A DNA stretch of 32,000 bases, taken from positions 224,558-256,557 of the forward strand of contig NZ_QLIR01000001.1 in NCBI RefSeq assembly GCF_003428155.1, read 5' to 3'. Below, in pieces: positions 1 to 9,317 of the stretch. Under the pieces are notes generated by a model, which saw only the letters and a program-made list of their open reading frames with translations, searched no databases and was not told the DNA's origin. The translations under genes and the position numbers were made by a program. Each line of letters opens with the position of its first letter. The first letter of the stretch is position 1. The stretch is from Fastidiosibacter lacustris. Lineage in GTDB: Bacteria; Pseudomonadota; Gammaproteobacteria; Francisellales; Francisellaceae.

Positions 1-2
1 GT

Positions 3-98
3 CAGTCAATCCTCTTGGAGGAATATGCAAGAGGCTTAATTGTTGAAGAGGAAACACATATAGGCGAAGTAGAGAAGATGCTGAAAAAGCCAGTATAG
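3..98 (+). CDS. 3' end of a CDS cut by the window edge (possibly ferritin-like; ends ...LEEYARGLIVEEETHIGEVEKMLKKPV*)
   Basis: Open frame from base 3 to TAG at 96-98. The Glu-rich EEETHIGEVEKML tail resembles the last helix of ferritin-like proteins. Confidence 0.35.
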   Translation, partial: QSILLEEYARGLIVEEETHIGEVEKMLKKPV

Positions 99-130
99 CT
101 TTACTGATTAGGTTTTTGGTTAGTTTTTAA

Positions 131-988
131 TTATGATTGAGTGGTCATCGTTGTTACGGTATTTGCAATATGCACTGTGCGCTGTGGAAAGGGAATTTCA
201 ATATTGTTTTCATCAAAACAAAGTTTAACAGACTCATTTAGATGCCATTTTGTTTCAAAGTAATCAGCTCTGTTTGTCCAATAGCGAACAATTAAGTTGA
301 CACTATTATCTCCAAGCGCGTCAACACGTACGATAGGTTGTTTATCATCGATTTTAATGATTTTTTCATTTTGATCAACTAATTGTTGCAATAGCTTTTT
401 GGCAAGTAATAGATCACTACTATAACCAATACCAATGATAAAATCATTGCGGCGAAATTCATTGTTTGAAAAATTAGTAATAATGCGAGAAGTGACAAGG
501 CTATTAGGGACTTTTATTTCTCTCCCATCTGTTGTCCTAAGTGTACAAAAAACAAAACTAATGCTTTCTACAGTGCCAGATGTACCACCTAGATCAACAA
601 ATTCTCCAATCTTAAAAGGACGAGTAGAAACGATCATAATACCAGAGACGACAATATTAGCAGATGTTCTAAGCGACATACCAATACCAACAAGTACAGC
701 AGCAATGCCTGCGGTGAAAGGTGTCGTAGAAATACCAAGCGTATTTAAGGCAATCAGGATGACAAAGATAACCAAAAAGACGTGCATGATTTGCATCAAA
801 AACATGGTTACAGCTTTATCTAATCGAGTCTTAAACAATACTTTTTGAGTATTATTTTTGATGATTTTGGCAGCAATTAAGCCAACTACCAGAATAATAA
901 TTGCAATGACTATTTGTGGTAAGTATTCAAGGATTAAGTTTAATAGCCACTGAAAATATTGATTAAAGTTTTGGATGCTCATCTCCAT
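131..988 (-). CDS. Small-conductance mechanosensitive channel (MscS family)
   Basis: 285-aa ORF. N-terminal TM segments, then VLVGIGMSLRTSANIVVSGIMIVSTRPFKIGEFVDLGGTSGTVESI, the typical MscS pore helix and beta domain. Confidence 0.93.
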   Translation of the reverse strand: MEMSIQNFNQYFQWLLNLILEYLPQIVIAIIILVVGLIAAKIIKNNTQKVLFKTRLDKAVTMFLMQIMHVFLVIFVILIALNTLGISTTPFTAGIAAVLVGIGMSLRTSANIVVSGIMIVSTRPFKIGEFVDLGGTSGTVESISFVFCTLRTTDGREIKVPNSLVTSRIITNFSNNEFRRNDFIIGIGYSSDLLLAKKLLQQLVDQNEKIIKIDDKQPIVRVDALGDNSVNLIVRYWTNRADYFETKWHLNESVKLCFDENNIEIPFPQRTVHIANTVTTMTTQS

Positions 989-1078
989 AAATGCATTCCT
1001 AATTTAAGATTTTATGTTTTGTAGTGGCTTATAAAGATACAAGAAGTAGGAAATAGTGCAAGTTGAAAATTGCTTATT

Positions 1079-2560
1079 TTAATCAATCACTTCATTGATT
1101 TGGTGACTATCTGTTTTACTGGCGCTATGTATATATTTATTTAAGAATGGGCGCGATAACCACATTAATAATGCAATAACAAGAGTTACAATTCCAATTT
1201 GTGCAAAGACACTTGTATAAACGTGCAAGCTTTCAAGTGTGGTTAATTCTATACCTGTTGGCGGAGAGGTTAGGTTTCCTACATAAGCACCCAAAGGTCC
1301 TGCAAGCATACTTGTTAGAAACCATATTCCCATTACAAATCCTGACATAGCACGTGGGCAAAGTTCCGCAACCATTGCAATACCAAGACCGGATACCAAT
1401 AGCTCACCAATAGATTGTAATGTATAAGTTAAAACCATCCACCAAGGAGAGGCTAAACCTGTTTCTGCTGCTGTGAAGCGTGGTAGATATAAAACTAAGA
1501 AAGCAAGACCACATAAAGTCATACCAAAACAGAATTTAGTTACATGTGTACCTGGAATTTTTTTATAGAGCACTGCTAAAATGGGTGAAACAATAACGAT
1601 GACAAGAGGATTTAGAACTTGATAAGATGCAGCGGGGATTACCCAGCCAAAAACATTATTATCAATATTATGAAGTGCAAAGAAGGTCAGTGAAGTTGGC
1701 ATTTGGTTGTATAAAACAAAGAACACAATTCCTTCTAGGATTAGTAAGAAAGCAATCAGCATTCTAGTACGGTCAGAGCCTTTAAGTGACAGTGCAGTTT
1801 TTAGGAAGTATAAGAAGCCACCAGCTACAACGATGTATACAATGGTATAGCAAATTGTGGTGTGTGGTAACAACTTGCCAAACACAATAACGGCAACAAT
1901 TGAAGTAACAATTACAGTGATTAAACGTCCAAAAACCATTGGCTTGGCGCCTGCTTCCGTAGAGATTGAACCAAGTACTTTGTAAAACACGAAATAATTT
2001 AATAGTCCAAGCAGTAAGCCAAAAGAACTGATCCAAAAGGCTGCTTCCCAGCCGAACTGTTGAGCGGCAATAGGGGCAATAAGAATAGAAACAAACGAAC
2101 CTAAGTTAATTGCCATGTAATATAAAGTCATTGCACCATCTAATGCAGGATCTCCTTTTTCATAAAGTTTAGAGATTAATGAAGAGGGATTTGCTTTAAA
2201 AAGAGCATTACCAACGATGATACCACCAAGTGCATAAAAAATGGTATCTTGATTGGATAAAGCTAAGGCAATATAAGAAATAAGTAATATAATTGCACCT
2301 AAAGCAACCGTGCGTTTTGCTCCTAAGTATTTGTCACCAACGTAGCCCCCCACCCAAACAAAGCCATACACAAAAGCCGAAAAGGAACCAAAGGTATAAA
2401 TACTGAGCTCTTGGCTAAAGCCTAAGTAGCTAACAAAATAAAGTGCTAGAATTGCTTGCGTGGCATAATAACCAAAACGTTCCCATAATTCAATTCCCCA
2501 GATTACCCAAAATGGTTTAGGCAAGCCACGTGAGGCAAGGACCTCATTAGACATATTCAT
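1079..2560 (-). CDS. Proton-dependent oligopeptide transporter (POT/PTR family MFS)
   Basis: 493-aa ORF with FWVIWGIELWERFGYYATQAILALY and GGYVGDKYLGAKRTVALGA, both POT-family motifs. AAGGGG Shine-Dalgarno upstream. Confidence 0.93.
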   Translation of the reverse strand: MNMSNEVLASRGLPKPFWVIWGIELWERFGYYATQAILALYFVSYLGFSQELSIYTFGSFSAFVYGFVWVGGYVGDKYLGAKRTVALGAIILLISYIALALSNQDTIFYALGGIIVGNALFKANPSSLISKLYEKGDPALDGAMTLYYMAINLGSFVSILIAPIAAQQFGWEAAFWISSFGLLLGLLNYFVFYKVLGSISTEAGAKPMVFGRLITVIVTSIVAVIVFGKLLPHTTICYTIVYIVVAGGFLYFLKTALSLKGSDRTRMLIAFLLILEGIVFFVLYNQMPTSLTFFALHNIDNNVFGWVIPAASYQVLNPLVIVIVSPILAVLYKKIPGTHVTKFCFGMTLCGLAFLVLYLPRFTAAETGLASPWWMVLTYTLQSIGELLVSGLGIAMVAELCPRAMSGFVMGIWFLTSMLAGPLGAYVGNLTSPPTGIELTTLESLHVYTSVFAQIGIVTLVIALLMWLSRPFLNKYIHSASKTDSHQINEVID

Positions 2561-2818
2561 CCCCTTAAAACATTATAAAGTTGAACAAAATATAAACTTC
2601 CATTGCCCATCATTCCGCAGTATTTTTTGAAGCACGATGGGTAATAGGTATGTTTGGCTGGAAATACTAAAGCTTATTGTGTATTCTCAGTTTGCTTTAT
2701 TGGTCAGCGCAGTTCCCTGTTAGAGGTACTAACTTCAAACCTCCTATCCTGGAATAGTTATAAATTGTTTTGAAAGTGAAAGCAACTGTTTAGTTGTAAT
2801 TTATTACAGGTGCTCACG

Positions 2819-3709
2819 TCATTTACGAATACCACAGATAAGCGCCCATTCATCTTTAAACACTGGCTTTGACAATGTAAAATATTGACTGAAAATTTCA
2901 CTTACTTCATCAACTTGCTCTTGCAAAATGCCGGATAGTGCAAGCTTGCCACCCATTTTGACATAACTTGCGATGGTAGCTGCTAGCTCAATCAAAATGC
3001 CAGCTAAAATATTAGCAATAAGTATATCAGCTGCAAGTGGCATTGGTACATCCTGTGGCAAGCAAGGTGAAAAACCAACAACGATAGTATTTTTATCAGC
3101 GTTTGCTTTGCTTGCGATGATAGCTTGTGGATCATTGTCAATCGCAATAACCGATTTAGCACCTAGTTTTCTTGCTGCAATACCCAAAATTCCTGAGCCT
3201 GTGCCAAAGTCTATAACGCTTTCACCACCTTTTATTTCGCGATCCAACCAGTTTAAGCACAAGGCAGTTGTTTGGTGTGTTCCTGTACCAAATGCTAGAC
3301 CTGGGTCCAGTAAAACATTTATTTGATTAGGGTCGTGGCTTGGCGGTACAAACCAACTAGGATAAATCCAAAGTTTTTGACCAAATTGCATCGGTTGAAA
3401 ATCGTTCATCCAAGCACGTGTCCAGTCTTGGTCAGCAAATTCACGTACTTTGATTTCACCAATGATAAACAGTTTCAGTCGACTTTGATTGAGTTTGATA
3501 GTAACTTTATTATGATCATACTTTTCAGTAAAAAGTGCAACTAACACTACTTCATCCCATAGTGGGTTTTCACCTACTTTTGGCTCAAGGATAGGTTGAT
3601 CTTTAGCATCTTGATAGCTAATAGAGCAAGCACCTTCTTCTATTAAAAAATTTTCTAATGTAGAAAGGTGAACTTGTAAACAAGTTAGTGAGAGTTCTTT
3701 CCAAAGCAT
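2819..3709 (-). CDS. prmA: Ribosomal protein L11 methyltransferase
   Basis: 296-aa ORF with LDPGLAFGTGTHQTTALCLNWLD and VIDFGTGSGILGIAARKLGA, SAM-binding motifs typical of PrmA. Confidence 0.95.
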   Translation of the reverse strand: MLWKELSLTCLQVHLSTLENFLIEEGACSISYQDAKDQPILEPKVGENPLWDEVVLVALFTEKYDHNKVTIKLNQSRLKLFIIGEIKVREFADQDWTRAWMNDFQPMQFGQKLWIYPSWFVPPSHDPNQINVLLDPGLAFGTGTHQTTALCLNWLDREIKGGESVIDFGTGSGILGIAARKLGAKSVIAIDNDPQAIIASKANADKNTIVVGFSPCLPQDVPMPLAADILIANILAGILIELAATIASYVKMGGKLALSGILQEQVDEVSEIFSQYFTLSKPVFKDEWALICGIRK

Positions 3710-3714
3710 AATAA

Positions 3715-5064
3715 TTACGCTTTCTCTTTTTCAAGCATTTTTTCGAGAAAATGAATATTGGTTCCACCATTTTGGAAGTCACGATTAGCAAGAATTTTAT
3801 GGTGAAGTGGAATATTAGTTTTGATTCCGCTGATAATCATCTCTTCTAACGCACTTTGCATGCGCTGAATGGCAATATCACGAGTGCGTGCATGAACGAT
3901 TACCTTTGCAATCATCGAGTCATAGTTAGGTGGCACGAAGTATTGTGAGTAGATATGTGAGTCGACTCGAACTCCAGGACCACCAGGGGCATGATAAATT
4001 TCAATTTTTCCAGGACAAGGTAGCATTTTCTCAGGGTCTTCAGCATTAATACGGCATTCTATTGCATGCCCTGTAATTTTAATGTCTTCTTGATTGAAGC
4101 TTAATGTTCCACCTGAGGCAATGCGAATTTGCTCTTTAATCAAATCAATATTAGTAATAGATTCAGTGACAGGATGTTCTACCTGGATACGAGTGTTCAT
4201 TTCAATGAAGTAAAACTCACCATTTTCATATAGAAACTCAAAAGTACCTGCTCCACGATATTTAAGTATTGTGCATGCTTCCACGCAGCGTTGACCAATT
4301 TTTTTGCGTTGTTCATCAGTCAAACCGAGTGCTGGTGCTTCTTCAATGACTTTTTGATGTCGGCGTTGAGTTGAACAATCACGCTCAAATAAGTGAATAG
4401 CATTACCCTGCCCATCACCAAATACTTGAATTTCAATATGTCGTGGATTTTCTAAGAACTTTTCCATATAGACCATATCGTTATTAAAAGCCATTTTGGC
4501 TTCGGCTTGTGTCATTTCGATAAATTTAAGCAAGTCTTCTTTTTTACGCACAACTCGCATACCACGACCGCCACCGCCTCCAGCTGCTTTGATCATAATG
4601 GGATAACCAATTTCATCTGCCATGGCAAGGTTTTTTTGAGGGTCTTTACTAATCGGACCATTTGAGCCTGGAACGCATGGAACTCCCGCTTTTTTCATGT
4701 TTTGAATTGCAGCAACCTTGTCTCCCATGATGCGAATGCTTTCGGCACGTGGACCTATAAAAATGAAGCCGCTTTTTTCAACAGACTCAGCAAATTCGGC
4801 ATTTTCAGACAAAAAGCCATAACCTGGATGTATGGCATCAGCACCTGATAATTCAGCTGCTGCGATGATTGCTGGAATGTTTAAATAACTTTGTGTAGGG
4901 TTTGCAGGACCAATACAGATTGTTTCATCTGCAAGTTTAACGTGCATTAAATCCCGATCAGTTGTCGAATGAACCGCAACGGTTCTAATCCCAAGCTCTC
5001 GACAAGCGCGTAAAATTCTAAGTGCAATTTCGCCGCGATTGGCGATAAGGAGTTTTTTAATCAT
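3715..5064 (-). CDS. accC: Acetyl-CoA carboxylase, biotin carboxylase subunit
   Basis: 449-aa ORF with [40 protein letters not shown] and [14 protein letters not shown]. Confidence 0.98.
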   Translation of the reverse strand: MIKKLLIANRGEIALRILRACRELGIRTVAVHSTTDRDLMHVKLADETICIGPANPTQSYLNIPAIIAAAELSGADAIHPGYGFLSENAEFAESVEKSGFIFIGPRAESIRIMGDKVAAIQNMKKAGVPCVPGSNGPISKDPQKNLAMADEIGYPIMIKAAGGGGGRGMRVVRKKEDLLKFIEMTQAEAKMAFNNDMVYMEKFLENPRHIEIQVFGDGQGNAIHLFERDCSTQRRHQKVIEEAPALGLTDEQRKKIGQRCVEACTILKYRGAGTFEFLYENGEFYFIEMNTRIQVEHPVTESITNIDLIKEQIRIASGGTLSFNQEDIKITGHAIECRINAEDPEKMLPCPGKIEIYHAPGGPGVRVDSHIYSQYFVPPNYDSMIAKVIVHARTRDIAIQRMQSALEEMIISGIKTNIPLHHKILANRDFQNGGTNIHFLEKMLEKEKA

Positions 5065-5174
5065 ATGAGACCTATTTATTTCTATTTATCTTATCGATAT
5101 GAAGTAATTTATAAGTTTCTTAATTTTTATTGAGCTTTAAGCTTCAAGGTTTTAATAATAAAAAATAAGTTTAC

Positions 5175-5651
5175 TTAGCCAATAACAAACAATGGTTGGT
5201 CGTATTCAACCGGTGTGCCATCACTCACGAAAATCTTAAGTACCGTGCCAGTTATTTCCGCTTCAATTTGATTCATAATTTTCATCGCTTCAATGATACA
5301 AAGGGTATCCCCTTTTTTAACTGTTTGTCCTTCGGTGACAAATGGCGCAGCACCTGGCGAAGGGGATTGATAGAAAGTTCCCACCATCGGTGATTTAACT
5401 TGATGTCCTTGTGGTATGCTTGGTGCTGTTTGAGTGGATTGTTTAGCCACTTTTTCTTCTAAAGTAGTTGGAGTAGTTTGCACCGTTGGAGTTTGATGAA
5501 TAATTTGTGGAGACATTGTGTGCATAGCAATATGATGATGTGGCTGAATGCCAGTGATACGGATCGAAGTTTCACCCTCTTTAATTTCAATTTCGTTCAC
5601 GTTTGATTTTTCAATAAGTGCGATTAGCTGTTCTATTTTTTTAATATCCAT
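5175..5651 (-). CDS. accB: Acetyl-CoA carboxylase, biotin carboxyl carrier protein
   Basis: 158-aa ORF with the biotinylation motif [15 protein letters not shown]. Adjacent to accC. Confidence 0.97.
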   Translation of the reverse strand: MDIKKIEQLIALIEKSNVNEIEIKEGETSIRITGIQPHHHIAMHTMSPQIIHQTPTVQTTPTTLEEKVAKQSTQTAPSIPQGHQVKSPMVGTFYQSPSPGAAPFVTEGQTVKKGDTLCIIEAMKIMNQIEAEITGTVLKIFVSDGTPVEYDQPLFVIG

Positions 5652-5795
5652 TTGTGTTAATTAACCTTTTCTTTTAATGATAATTAAACTTTTCCAGCCC
5701 AGTATTGTTACGATAAAAGCATAAAATGTCACGCGTTTGTTTTGCTTTTTAGATGAGATTATCACATACCAGGATGACCTTACTTGAGTTAACTT

Positions 5796-6242
5796 CTAAA
5801 TGCAATTATGTTGACAGTAGTCGATGGCAGCAATCATGGCTAGCTCATAACCTTGAGCACCCATCCCTGATATGACACCATAAGCAATGTCTGAGAGATA
5901 AGAATGATGGCGAAAAAGTTCGCGTTTATAAAGATTTGATAAATGTATTTCAATAAATGGGATATGAATCGCTAACAGTGCATCTCGAATAGCAACACTG
6001 GTATGTGTATAAGCAGCTGGATTGATGATGATAAAATGAACGTTACCTTGAGCTTGTTGGATTTGATCAACGATTTCACCTTCATGGTTGGATTGAAAAC
6101 AAATACAATTCATTTTTTTCTCTTCTGTTAAAGAGCTAAGTTTTTGATTAATACTATTTAATGTTGCAGTGCCATATACATCCGTTTCACGTTGACCAAG
6201 TAAATTTAGGTTTGGTCCATGAATTACAAGAATTTTTGCCAT
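5796..6242 (-). CDS. aroQ: Type II 3-dehydroquinate dehydratase
   Basis: 148-aa ORF with [16 protein letters not shown] and [20 protein letters not shown]. Confidence 0.97.
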   Translation of the reverse strand: MAKILVIHGPNLNLLGQRETDVYGTATLNSINQKLSSLTEEKKMNCICFQSNHEGEIVDQIQQAQGNVHFIIINPAAYTHTSVAIRDALLAIHIPFIEIHLSNLYKRELFRHHSYLSDIAYGVISGMGAQGYELAMIAAIDYCQHNCI

Positions 6243-6243
6243 T

Positions 6244-7074
6244 TTAATGATTTTCCTTAATTAAGTTCATTGCATCGACGCGATAAAACTCTTTGTTATC
6301 TATACAATAAGCACTCAACTGTCCACCCCAAACACAGCCAGTATCAAGGTTAATACATCTGGGATTATTAGTTTTACCGTTAAGTGCTGCCCAGTGACCA
6401 AAAATCAGTATATATTCACTATCGATTTTAGGGTTAGGAAAATTAAACCAAGCATCAAAACCATTTGGCTTTTGCATAAGCTCACCCTTAAAATTTAAAT
6501 CTAAGCGACCCTCAGCATTACATAAACGCATGCGAGTAAAATAATTTGCAATACAACGCCAGCGATTAATTCCTTCAAGCTCATTGTTCCACTGATTAGG
6601 TTCATTACCAAATAAGTTACTCATAAAGTGCTGAAAGCACATGTCGGTTTGTAGTACAAATTCAAGCTCTAGCGCTAAGTGTTTGGCTTTTTTCAACGAC
6701 CAGATGGGTGGAATCCCAGCATGGGTAACAATATGTTTTTTATGTGAGTATAAAAAACGTTGATGACGTAGCCATTTCATTAATTCGTCTTTGTCAGGAG
6801 CATTTAATATTTGCTGTAAAGTATCTTTTTTGCCTAGGGGTAAATAACCAAAAGCTACAGCTAGAAGGTAAAGGTCATGGTTGCCAAGTATAACTTTGGC
6901 GGATTTAGCAAAAGATTTCACAAGACGCAGCACTTCTAAAGACTTAGGACCACGATTAACTAAATCGCCAGCGAAAATCAGTTTATCTTGTTTAGGATTA
7001 AATTTAATCTTTTGCAACAGTGCACAAAGCTCATCGTAACAACCTTGAACGTCTCCAATTAGATAACTTGGCAT
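6244..7074 (-). CDS. apaH: Bis(5'-nucleosyl)-tetraphosphatase, symmetrical
   Basis: 276-aa ORF with [30 protein letters not shown] and VILGNHD. Confidence 0.96.
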   Translation of the reverse strand: MPSYLIGDVQGCYDELCALLQKIKFNPKQDKLIFAGDLVNRGPKSLEVLRLVKSFAKSAKVILGNHDLYLLAVAFGYLPLGKKDTLQQILNAPDKDELMKWLRHQRFLYSHKKHIVTHAGIPPIWSLKKAKHLALELEFVLQTDMCFQHFMSNLFGNEPNQWNNELEGINRWRCIANYFTRMRLCNAEGRLDLNFKGELMQKPNGFDAWFNFPNPKIDSEYILIFGHWAALNGKTNNPRCINLDTGCVWGGQLSAYCIDNKEFYRVDAMNLIKENH

Positions 7075-7850
7075 GAGTGTGCTCCGATATAATTACTTAG
7101 CATGACAAAATCACTGACACTGAGGTTTTCAGGGCGCAGGCTCACATCAATTGGTAAGCTTTGCATTTTTTCACGGCATACAAGAACCTTTAAAGTATTG
7201 CGTAGTGTTTTGCGGCGCATTTGAAAAGTTTGTTTTACGATTTCTGAAAACAGTTGATAATTCTTTGCAATGATGGGTGGTTTAACATAAGGAGTAAGGC
7301 GTAAAATACGTGATTCAACTTTTGGCTTTGGATGAAATGCGTGTGCAGGTACATCAAATAATCCTTCACATTTAAAATGGTACTGTAGCATGACGCTCAA
7401 GCGACCGTAGTTTTTTTCAGATGGATAGGCAACGATACGATCAACAACTTCTTTTTGTAGCATAAAGTGCATATCTTTGAAAAATTGCGCATAATCAATC
7501 AAGTGAAAAAGGAGTGGGGAGGAGATGTTGTAAGGCAAGTTGCCAATGAGTTTGATTTTTTGTCCTTGGTAAAAATCATTAAAGTTAACGGTTAAAACAT
7601 CTTGTTGGCGAATGTTTAATTTACCATAGGCTGCACACGCTGCTTTTAATGGTAATACTACATCCGTATCAAACTCTATGACTTGAATTTCTTTGGTAAT
7701 AGCTAAAATATGTCTTGTTAGTGCACCAAGACCCGGACCAATTTCAATAACTTGATCCTTTTCTGTAATATGTGCTTGGTGAATAATGTTGGCAATAATC
7801 TGTTCATCCTGTAAGAAATTTTGACCCAATGATTTTTTTGCCTTGTGCAT
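7059..7850 (-). CDS. rsmA: 16S rRNA (adenine1518-N6/adenine1519-N6)-dimethyltransferase
   Basis: 263-aa ORF with KKSLGQNFLQDEQII, VIEIGPGLGALT and IGNLPYNISSPLLFHL. Confidence 0.97.
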   Translation of the reverse strand: MHKAKKSLGQNFLQDEQIIANIIHQAHITEKDQVIEIGPGLGALTRHILAITKEIQVIEFDTDVVLPLKAACAAYGKLNIRQQDVLTVNFNDFYQGQKIKLIGNLPYNISSPLLFHLIDYAQFFKDMHFMLQKEVVDRIVAYPSEKNYGRLSVMLQYHFKCEGLFDVPAHAFHPKPKVESRILRLTPYVKPPIIAKNYQLFSEIVKQTFQMRRKTLRNTLKVLVCREKMQSLPIDVSLRPENLSVSDFVMLSNYIGAHSCQVI

Positions 7851-7852
7851 GC

Positions 7853-9241
7853 TTACTCCTCAGGGAGATTTAGATTATGCTCTACGATTTCAACATAAGC
7901 ACTATCGCGCAAGGACAGTATCCAAGTTTTAAGCGCTTGTTGTGCATTTTCGTTAAAAAGCGCCATCATGGCTTGTTCTTTTCGATAGGCTTCAGTGTCA
8001 TCCTCTTTACGTTCACCTAAAACTTCAATAATTTGCCAGCTATTATTGACCTTAAAAGGCTGGGATACTTTATTGACTGTGGCATTTTTGACGGCTTGTG
8101 CAAAAGCAGGTGCTTGAGTACTTAAGCTTATCCAGCCCATATCACCGCCTTGTTCTATATTATTAGTTGCATCTGAGTTTGCTTTTGCTAGATCAGCAAA
8201 AGATTGACCATTGTCTATAGCATTTAGTATACGTATAAGCTTTGCTTTGGCCTCATTGTCATTGACAACAGGTGATAGATTGATCACGATTTGTTTGACG
8301 TGATATTTTTCGATAAAATGCTTAGCATTGTCAGGTACTCTACTGTCAATAAGCTTTATAATTTGCACACTACCATTGGCAATAAATGGTTGACTAATTT
8401 CTCCCTTTTGAAGTGTTTCTACTTTATCTCTATAAATCACAGGTAATTCGTTTAGCGTTTTCCAGCCAAGTTCACCACCGCTGTTTGCATTCCCTGCTTG
8501 TGAATATTTTTTAGCTGCTTCACTAAAGCTCATTTTCCCTTCAATAATAGATTGAACGATTTTGTTGGCTTGAATAATAATATGATCTTCATCTTGTGAG
8601 GTTCGATTATCAAGCGAGGACAAGACAATATTTTGCACGTCATATTCTGTTTGGTGGTTATTAAAATGCTTTTTGATATATTTATCTATTTCAGTTGGTG
8701 AAATGTAGAGCTTGTTTGCAATAGCTCGTTGTTGGAGTTTATTAATGATCAATTGATCTTTTACGGTTTGATAATAGTCGCTAAAGGCAAGGTGTGCATC
8801 TTTTAACTTTTGTTTTAATTGTTCCATTGTAATGCCATTTTGCATCGTAACTTCGGCAATTGATGTGTTAACTTCATCGTCCGTTACCATAATGCCTTGC
8901 CTTTTTGCCATTTGTAAGGCAATGGTTTGGTTAATAAGCTGTTGCAGAACCTGCCTTTGTAAGTTTAATTGATCTGGGATCTGCACATTTGGGTTGCCCT
9001 CTAATTGTGCCTTCGTTTTTGCAACTTCGATGTTTAGTTGGTCAAGTGTGATTGCTTGATCATTAACAATCGCAACGATTTTGTTGATTAAATGCTTGCC
9101 TTTTATGGGGTGTTTTGTAGCTGGGTCTGTTTGTAAATTAGTTTTTTGTAATAAAGTAGGTGGTGTGTCTGCAAATGTGTACGTGCTTAAAACTAAGCTA
9201 CTTGTACATAAAACTAACTTTAATGTGGAACGTAAGTGCAT
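7853..9241 (-). CDS. surA: Periplasmic peptidyl-prolyl isomerase/chaperone SurA
   Basis: 462-aa ORF with signal peptide, IVNDQAITLDQL SurA-N region and two PPIase (parvulin) domains. Downstream of lptD. Confidence 0.93.
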   Translation of the reverse strand: MHLRSTLKLVLCTSSLVLSTYTFADTPPTLLQKTNLQTDPATKHPIKGKHLINKIVAIVNDQAITLDQLNIEVAKTKAQLEGNPNVQIPDQLNLQRQVLQQLINQTIALQMAKRQGIMVTDDEVNTSIAEVTMQNGITMEQLKQKLKDAHLAFSDYYQTVKDQLIINKLQQRAIANKLYISPTEIDKYIKKHFNNHQTEYDVQNIVLSSLDNRTSQDEDHIIIQANKIVQSIIEGKMSFSEAAKKYSQAGNANSGGELGWKTLNELPVIYRDKVETLQKGEISQPFIANGSVQIIKLIDSRVPDNAKHFIEKYHVKQIVINLSPVVNDNEAKAKLIRILNAIDNGQSFADLAKANSDATNNIEQGGDMGWISLSTQAPAFAQAVKNATVNKVSQPFKVNNSWQIIEVLGERKEDDTEAYRKEQAMMALFNENAQQALKTWILSLRDSAYVEIVEHNLNLPEE

Positions 9242-9317
9242 GAAATAGATTAGCTCAAGTTAATTAGTGAGGGCATTATATACTACTCACTAAGGTATTG
9301 AATAGCTTTTCTAGCCT

